Position numbers and translations under genes: made by a program | The notes under the pieces: model-generated | Databases searched by the model: none | What the model was told of the DNA's origin: nothing | What the model saw: only the letters and a program-made list of their open reading frames with translations | Part shown: positions 58,642 to 64,000 of the stretch, in pieces | How the letters are laid out: every line of letters begins with the position of its first letter | How positions within the stretch are numbered: the first letter of the stretch is position 1 | Source of the DNA: an uncultured Candidatus Saccharibacteria bacterium | GTDB lineage: Bacteria; Patescibacteriota; Doudnabacteria; UBA920 | Direction of reading: 5' to 3' | Length of the DNA: 64,000 nucleotides | Assembly: GCA_964505635.1 (NCBI GenBank) | Contig: CAZDIP010000002.1 | Location: forward strand, 37,736-101,735

Positions 58642-59448
58642 TTAATTTTGTTTATCTTTACCTTTTAGGCTTTCTTCTTGGCCGCGTTCTTTGAGTTTAA
58701 GATCCAGCCTTATTTTACTCTGTCCCCTAACCTCGCCTTCTTTACCCGACTCCTGTTTTTGAACCGATATATTTAAATCTTGATTAAAAGCGTCTTGGGT
58801 TAATTCCTGTATTTTTTTATTAGCATCTTCTGCTTGTTTCAACTTGCCTTTTTTTTCAAACAGCTCCCTCTCCCTGGTCAACGCCTCCAAAGCCCTGTTA
58901 ATTTGCGCTTCTACTTTTACTTTTAAATTTTGAGTCTGTACTTTTCTTTGCTCTGTTTTTATCTGAGTCTCAGTAAACACGGAACCAGTGGCAATTAAGG
59001 TGCTGGACGGGCCCAAAACTTGAGACGGGGTTATAGTAGGAACAGGTAGCGGTAAAAGGGAGTTATTTTGATTATTAAGCTTGGTAAACTCCGCCATTCT
59101 TGCTTTGGCGTGCCTTAATTCCAAATCGGCTTTTAACGACTGGGTCGGGGCAAGCCTTATTTCCACCTGCTCTTTAAAAATTTTAATGGGATACAACCTG
59201 TCACCCGGAAAAGTGCGCAAAGAGGCCAATACGGTTCCATTGACCATGAAAAATAGAGCCAATGCGCCGGAGGCGAAATAAAAAATTTTAGTATGCCAAA
59301 AACTCACCGAAGCTGCTTTTGGTATGGAAGAAATGCCACTTAGTACCAAAGATTTAATTCTGGCTTTCCGTTCCGCGCTTAAAACCCGTTCATTTTTTAA
59401 AACGGCCAGTTGTTTTATCTCAATCTCATACTTCTTTGTTGAAAACAT
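58642..59448 (-). CDS. DUF5667-like putative anti-sigma factor
   Basis: TM then PGD.LYP.K...E.V...L......A.L....A..R..E. Confidence 0.75.
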   Translation of the reverse strand: MFSTKKYEIEIKQLAVLKNERVLSAERKARIKSLVLSGISSIPKAASVSFWHTKIFYFASGALALFFMVNGTVLASLRTFPGDRLYPIKIFKEQVEIRLAPTQSLKADLELRHAKARMAEFTKLNNQNNSLLPLPVPTITPSQVLGPSSTLIATGSVFTETQIKTEQRKVQTQNLKVKVEAQINRALEALTRERELFEKKGKLKQAEDANKKIQELTQDAFNQDLNISVQKQESGKEGEVRGQSKIRLDLKLKERGQEESLKGKDKQN

Positions 59449-59452
59449 AACT

Positions 59453-59992
59453 TTAAACCAACCCCTTTAATTTTTTAAGCGCTCTATGCTGAAGCAGCCT
59501 GACTGACAAACTGCTTTTTTGCAAAATCTCAGCTGTTTCTTTTAAAGTAAAATCCTGTACAAACCTTAGCTCTAAAACTTCCCTGTATTGGGACGGCAAC
59601 AATTTGAGTTTTTTTCTTAATTCACCTATTGCCTGAATCTGATCCATTTGGCTTCCCGTATCCTCTGCAATAGTAATATTTAAATCCTCGTTTAATTCCA
59701 AATTTTGCGGCTGTCTCGCCGACTTGCGAAAGTAATCATAAACAGCATTGGTAGCAATTTTATAGAGCCAGGCCGAAAAATTCGCTTTTCTTAGGTCGAA
59801 GCCGCCAAGGCCGTTCCATGCTTTAATAAAAACAGTTTGCAAAAGATCTTCGGCTTCTTGCTCATGCCTGACCTTAATTAGAATGAAGCGAAAAATTCTA
59901 TCGGCAAACTGGTCATAAAGCCCAGCGAACGCATGCCGGTCGCCGGCTTTTGCCTGTTTGACTAAATCTTCAATTGTTGTTGATTCTGACAT
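59453..59992 (-). CDS. ECF RNA polymerase sigma factor
   Basis: GD..AF..LY, AEDL.Q.VF.KAW, F.AWLY.IA.N, YREVL.LRF, HRALKKL; GAAAC-N16-CGTT promoter at 60020-59996. Confidence 0.93.
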   Translation of the reverse strand: MSESTTIEDLVKQAKAGDRHAFAGLYDQFADRIFRFILIKVRHEQEAEDLLQTVFIKAWNGLGGFDLRKANFSAWLYKIATNAVYDYFRKSARQPQNLELNEDLNITIAEDTGSQMDQIQAIGELRKKLKLLPSQYREVLELRFVQDFTLKETAEILQKSSLSVRLLQHRALKKLKGLV

Positions 59993-60139
59993 TATAACGA
60001 AATTTTCGGCCTATTGTTTCGGTTACTTTAAGTATATATGCTTACATAAAAAGCAGGAAGCTTGAAACTTAAGCCTGAAAAATGCTACTGTTACAATTAG
60101 CTAATAAAATTAGGTAAATTTGCGGTTTTTAAACATATA

Positions 60140-61192
60140 ATGAGACAAGGGTTGTTAAAAACAATTTTGGCAATAGAAACTTCCTGCGACGAGACAGCCG
60201 CCAGCGTTCTTGAATTTGATAAAGAAAAAGAAAACTTAAAAATTAAAACTCTGTCTTCAGTCGTCAAGTCTCAAATTTCCATTCATAAATCTTTTGGCGG
60301 GGTAGTGCCGGAAGCCGCTGCCAGGGCCCATGTTAAATATATTCGCCCGGTGGTAGAAAAAGCATTAACTTCTGCCCACTGCTCACTGAAGACTATCGAC
60401 TACATCGCGGTTACCCAAGGCCCGGGACTTTTACCGTCTTTAATGGTTGGGGTGGAATTCGCCAAAGCACTTTCCTTCGCGACCGGCAAACCAATGATTC
60501 CTGTTAACCATATGGCTGGACACCTTTATTCCCCTGTAGGGGGAATAAATTCGAAATTCGAAATTCGAAATTCGATTTTTCCACTGGTTTCACTAGTGGT
60601 GAGTGGTGGGCACACCATGATTGTATTAATGGAAAATACAAAAAAATATAGGGTCTTAGGGCAAACCTTGGACGATGCCGCTGGCGAAGCTTTTGACAAA
60701 GTGGCTAAAATGCTTAAGTTGCCTTATCCTGGCGGACCCGAGGTTTCAAAACTTGCTGCCTTAGGAGACCCGAACGCAATAAATTTCCCTCGGCCAATGC
60801 TAAACACTAAAGACTATAACTTTTCTTTCTCCGGCCTTAAAACCGCTGTACTTTACCACTTACGCGACAATCCGAACGTAAACAAGGCAGATTTATGTGC
60901 TAGTTTTCAAGCCGCAGCCGTAGATGTCCTAGTAACCAAAACCATGCGCGCGGTAAAAGAATTTGGCGCCAAATCTATTTCCCTTTCCGGCGGCGTAGCT
61001 GCAAATAAAGCCTTGCGTGAATCTTTAAATCTAAAATCTAAAATCTTAAATCTTAAATTCTCTGTTCCCCCTTTTAATCTCTGCACCGACAACGCGGAAA
61101 TGATAGGCCTAGCCGCAGCCTTTAAGCTCCATAATGGTTTTAAGCCGGTGAAATATAATAAGGTTGAAGCAGACCCAAACTTGAGCCTATAA
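60140..61192 (+). CDS. tsaD: tRNA N6-adenosine threonylcarbamoyltransferase TsaD
   Basis: LAIETSCDET, GGVVPE.AAR.H, NH..GH, VSGGHT, DDAAGEAFDK, CTDNA.MI. Confidence 0.97.
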   Translation: MRQGLLKTILAIETSCDETAASVLEFDKEKENLKIKTLSSVVKSQISIHKSFGGVVPEAAARAHVKYIRPVVEKALTSAHCSLKTIDYIAVTQGPGLLPSLMVGVEFAKALSFATGKPMIPVNHMAGHLYSPVGGINSKFEIRNSIFPLVSLVVSGGHTMIVLMENTKKYRVLGQTLDDAAGEAFDKVAKMLKLPYPGGPEVSKLAALGDPNAINFPRPMLNTKDYNFSFSGLKTAVLYHLRDNPNVNKADLCASFQAAAVDVLVTKTMRAVKEFGAKSISLSGGVAANKALRESLNLKSKILNLKFSVPPFNLCTDNAEMIGLAAAFKLHNGFKPVKYNKVEADPNLSL

Positions 61193-61234
61193 ATATCCAC
61201 TTTACAAATATACAAAGTAAGATAAAATAACTTT

Positions 61235-61356
61235 ATGATCAAAAGCCGCTTACAATTCTTAACTAGCTTTTCTTCCTCTTCCTGCTCTACTCGCCCAGCG
61301 AGACGGCTTTTGTAGTGCTTAAAATTACAAAGCCCGCCTCGCCGGCGGGTTTTTTT
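61235..61356 (+). promoter_or_regulatory. Attenuator-like leader: 26-codon ORF plus terminator
   Basis: ORF 61235-61315 MIKSRLQFLTSFSSSSCSTRPARRLL; terminator gcccgcc-tcgcc-ggcgggt followed by a T-run; cgagacggcttttgta can pair with tacaaagcccgcctcg. Confidence 0.5.
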
Positions 61357-61417
61357 GTTGGCCATGGATAAAATTTAGGAGTTATCCTTGGCTCGCAAAA
61401 TCGATATTGGAGGAAAG

Positions 61418-61612
61418 ATGACTTTTTCATACAATAGCTATGAGGAATTTAGTGTGGCGTACCAAGCATTTCTCGCCGCGCGAACAAAACACGAAGCCTG
61501 GAATGGGGTTGATGTTTCAGCTTTTGACAGTTGGGCATCTAAGCCGACTAAAAAACCTGGCGAAACTTCATACATCATCCTGGGCATTAACTACCACGAG
61601 GAAACGTCGTAA
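61418..61612 (+). CDS. Orphan small protein
   Basis: GGAGG SD before ATG 61418. Confidence 0.5.
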   Translation: MTFSYNSYEEFSVAYQAFLAARTKHEAWNGVDVSAFDSWASKPTKKPGETSYIILGINYHEETS

Positions 61613-61662
61613 GACGTTTCCTCGGCTTGATACTTTTTACTTGCTACTATATACTATATACA

Positions 61663-61802
61663 AGCTAATGCCCTGGCTGTCACCAGGGCAGCGTCAAAAG
61701 AACGTCGGTAATCGATAAGTAGAATTGGCCGGAGACCGCCCGTTAAAGCGGTAAAATTAAGTAAATTTCACGATGGTACCTCCGCCTTAGGCGGATTGTG
61801 AA
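61663..61802 (+). ncRNA. T-box riboswitch, ultrashort Stem I type, Val (GUC) specifier
   Basis: ccctgg-ctGTCa-ccaggg Stem I; agaac...agtagaa Stem II; gcccgtta; ttcacga-TGGTACC-tccgcc...ggcgga-ttgtgaa; TTGATA-N17-TATACT promoter; upstream of valS. Confidence 0.8.
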
Positions 61803-61829
61803 CACTCTATTTTGAGTGTTTTTATTTTT

Positions 61830-62366
61830 ATGATTATATTTATTTCAGGCAATATTGGTTCGGGAAAAACTACATTGGCCAAAATGGCGGCAAAAAAATT
61901 TAATTTTTTTTATTTTGATGCCGACACGCTCAAACCAAAAGTTTACTCAAAAATAAAAAATTTTCAAGAAAGATTAAACCAAGGACAACCTGTTCCACCC
62001 TCGATTCGCGCCAATCTGTATAGAGAGATGCTGAAAAAGTTAAAGGTTATTTCAAAAAAACATATTAATGTAATAGTAGATGAAACTCTTTACACCCAAC
62101 AAGGCAGATTCGCTTTAATAAAGGAGTCTACAAAAATATTTAAAAAAAGTGCCGTCATTCTTGTAACAGCAAAATATAAAAATACAATAAAGCGGCTAAC
62201 CAAACATCGCAAAGGACACATGCTAAATAATCCAATAGCCTTACACAACGCTATGGAAAAAGTTAAAAAGCCTTTTAAAAAATATGACTTGATTTTAAAA
62301 AATAATTACAAAATAAATAAGTCTTTTAAAAAACTTTCTGACTATATTAAAACGTTAATACAATAG
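61830..62366 (+). CDS. P-loop kinase (AAA_33/gluconate kinase-like)
   Basis: IFISGNIGSGKTT, D.D, VIVD; very AT-rich. Confidence 0.75.
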   Translation: MIIFISGNIGSGKTTLAKMAAKKFNFFYFDADTLKPKVYSKIKNFQERLNQGQPVPPSIRANLYREMLKKLKVISKKHINVIVDETLYTQQGRFALIKESTKIFKKSAVILVTAKYKNTIKRLTKHRKGHMLNNPIALHNAMEKVKKPFKKYDLILKNNYKINKSFKKLSDYIKTLIQ

Positions 62367-62376
62367 ATTTAATTTT

Positions 62377-64000
62377 ATGGAATTAGAAAAAGCCTACGAC
62401 CACTCTAAAGTGGAAGATAAAATTTACAAAATGTGGGAAGATTCAGGATTTTTTAATCCTGATAATCTTAAAGGGGAACCTTACACTATAATATTACCCC
62501 CTCCAAATGTAACCGGTACTTTGCATGTCGGGCATGCTTTAACAGCCACCATTGAAGACATTTTAATTCGCCACAAAAGAATGATGGGGTACAAAACCTT
62601 GTGGCTCCCAGGTACCGATCATGCGGCCATTGCCACCCAGTCAAAAGTAGAAAAATTGCTAGAAAAAGAAGAGGGTAAGAAAAAACGGGATTTAGGCAGG
62701 GAGGAATTCTTAAAACGGGTAGTAAAATTCGCCCAAAACAGCCACGACACAATCATTGCTCAGCTCAAAAGCATGGGAGCTTCTTTAGACTGGTCTAGAG
62801 AAGCTTTTACCTTGGACGAAAAACGAAACCTTAGCGTACGCACCGCTTTTAAAACCATGCATGACCTAGGGCTAATTTATAGAGGCTATAGAGTTATTAA
62901 TTGGGACGTTAAAGGCCAAACCACTATTTCCGACGACGAAATTGTCTACCAGGAAAGAACTGCCAAACTTTATACCTTTAAGTACTCAAAAGACTTTCCT
63001 ATTTCTATATCTACCACCAGACCGGAAACCAAGTTGGGCGATACCGCTGTAGCTGTCCACCCAGAGGACGAACGTTACGCTCAATTTGTGGACAAAGAGT
63101 ATGACTTAGAATTCGCGGGCGAAAAACTCCATATAAAAATTATCGTGGACGAAAGCGTGGACAAAGAATTTGGCACCGGCGCCTTGGGTGTTACCCCAGC
63201 TCATAGTATGATGGACTATGAAATTGCTCAAAGGCATAACTTGCCCTTAAAGCAAGTTATTAATGAATTTGGAAAAATGACCGCTGGGCTAGAAACAATT
63301 GCCGGCAAAAAAACCGAGGAAGCTCGTATGGCAGTGGCGGAATGGCTGGAAAAAAATAATTTATTGGAAAAAACAGAGGAAATAAAACAAAACGTAGGGA
63401 CTGCCGAAAGGACCGGCGGCATTATTGAGCCTTTACCCAAACTTCAATGGTTTATTGACGTTAATAAAAAATTTGACGCGCCTAATAAAAAAAATGTTTC
63501 TTTAAAAGAACTTATGCGTTCCGCCGTGGAGTCAGGCCAAATTAAAATAACGCCGGAACATTTTACTAAAACCTATTTTCACTGGATAGATAACCTAAGG
63601 GACTGGTGCATTAGTAGGCAAATTTGGTACGGCCACAGAATACCGGTTTGGTATAAAGGCGAAGAAATTCGCGTGGAAATACAAGACCCCAACGAACAAG
63701 GTTGGGCCCAAGATGAAGATACTTTAGACACCTGGTTTTCAACCGGACTTTGGACTTTCTCTACTTTAGGCTGGCCGGAAAAAACCAAAGACCTAGAGAC
63801 TTTTCATCCGACAGATGTGCTTGAAACCGGTTACGATATTTTGTTCTTTTGGGTAGCAAGAATGATTCTAATGACCACCGCCCTAACCGGACAAATTCCT
63901 TTTAAAAATGTTTACTTACATGGCATAATTCGCGACGCCAATAAACAAAAAATGTCTAAGAGCAAAGGTAACGTAATTGACCCGCTGGAAATGACTTCCA
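62377..64000 (+). CDS. valS: Valine--tRNA ligase (3' end outside window)
   Basis: Read manually: MELEKAYD, PPPNVTGTLHVGHA, PGTDHAAIATQ, DWCISRQIWYGHRIP, KMSKSKGNVIDP. Confidence 0.97.
   Translation, partial: MELEKAYDHSKVEDKIYKMWEDSGFFNPDNLKGEPYTIILPPPNVTGTLHVGHALTATIEDILIRHKRMMGYKTLWLPGTDHAAIATQSKVEKLLEKEEGKKKRDLGREEFLKRVVKFAQNSHDTIIAQLKSMGASLDWSREAFTLDEKRNLSVRTAFKTMHDLGLIYRGYRVINWDVKGQTTISDDEIVYQERTAKLYTFKYSKDFPISISTTRPETKLGDTAVAVHPEDERYAQFVDKEYDLEFAGEKLHIKIIVDESVDKEFGTGALGVTPAHSMMDYEIAQRHNLPLKQVINEFGKMTAGLETIAGKKTEEARMAVAEWLEKNNLLEKTEEIKQNVGTAERTGGIIEPLPKLQWFIDVNKKFDAPNKKNVSLKELMRSAVESGQIKITPEHFTKTYFHWIDNLRDWCISRQIWYGHRIPVWYKGEEIRVEIQDPNEQGWAQDEDTLDTWFSTGLWTFSTLGWPEKTKDLETFHPTDVLETGYDILFFWVARMILMTTALTGQIPFKNVYLHGIIRDANKQKMSKSKGNVIDPLEMTS

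Noticed and set aside
1-64000. CRISPR array or cas genes
   Set aside because: No regularly spaced repeat-spacer series; the 28-bp palindromes are 0.5-4.6 kb apart and no cas-like ORF is present.

Overview
Bacterial chromosomal window, genetic code 11 (TGA used as stop). By inference it is from a Patescibacteria/CPR genome: AT-rich short intergenics, many apparently leaderless genes, a non-PGKG EF-P loop and typical short palindromic repeats. The housekeeping backbone is hrcA-grpE-dnaK-dnaJ, ccdA/thioredoxins, uvrA/uvrC, secG, rnj, trpS, a phosphomannomutase, ychF, rpsF-ssb-rpsR-efp, gdhA, trxB, htrA, two ECF sigma/anti-sigma pairs, tsaD and valS. The most unusual elements are: (1) a complete tRNA-Leu(CAG) nested inside an inverted-repeat-bounded insertion in the D-arm of a second, fully base-paired tRNA-Leu that has another hairpin insertion in its anticodon loop; (2) a ~10.7 kb signal peptidase + sortase locus encoding related secreted 'AFEAHxINxTA' subunits (candidate surface filament), with Ser replacing the sortase catalytic Cys; (3) three GC-rich PEP-CTERM genes, a TonB and other diderm-like or orphan genes, most with their own promoter, SD and terminator; (4) a 28-bp palindrome in three identical copies, two of them bracketing a TrpR-like gene; (5) a GIY-YIG cassette inserted at tRNA-Glu with a 26-bp duplication; (6) an ultrashort (ileS-type) T-box with a Val specifier, separated from valS by an inserted gene; (7) 7-bp tandem repeats inside conserved genes. 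All calls come from reading the sequence; no database searches were run.
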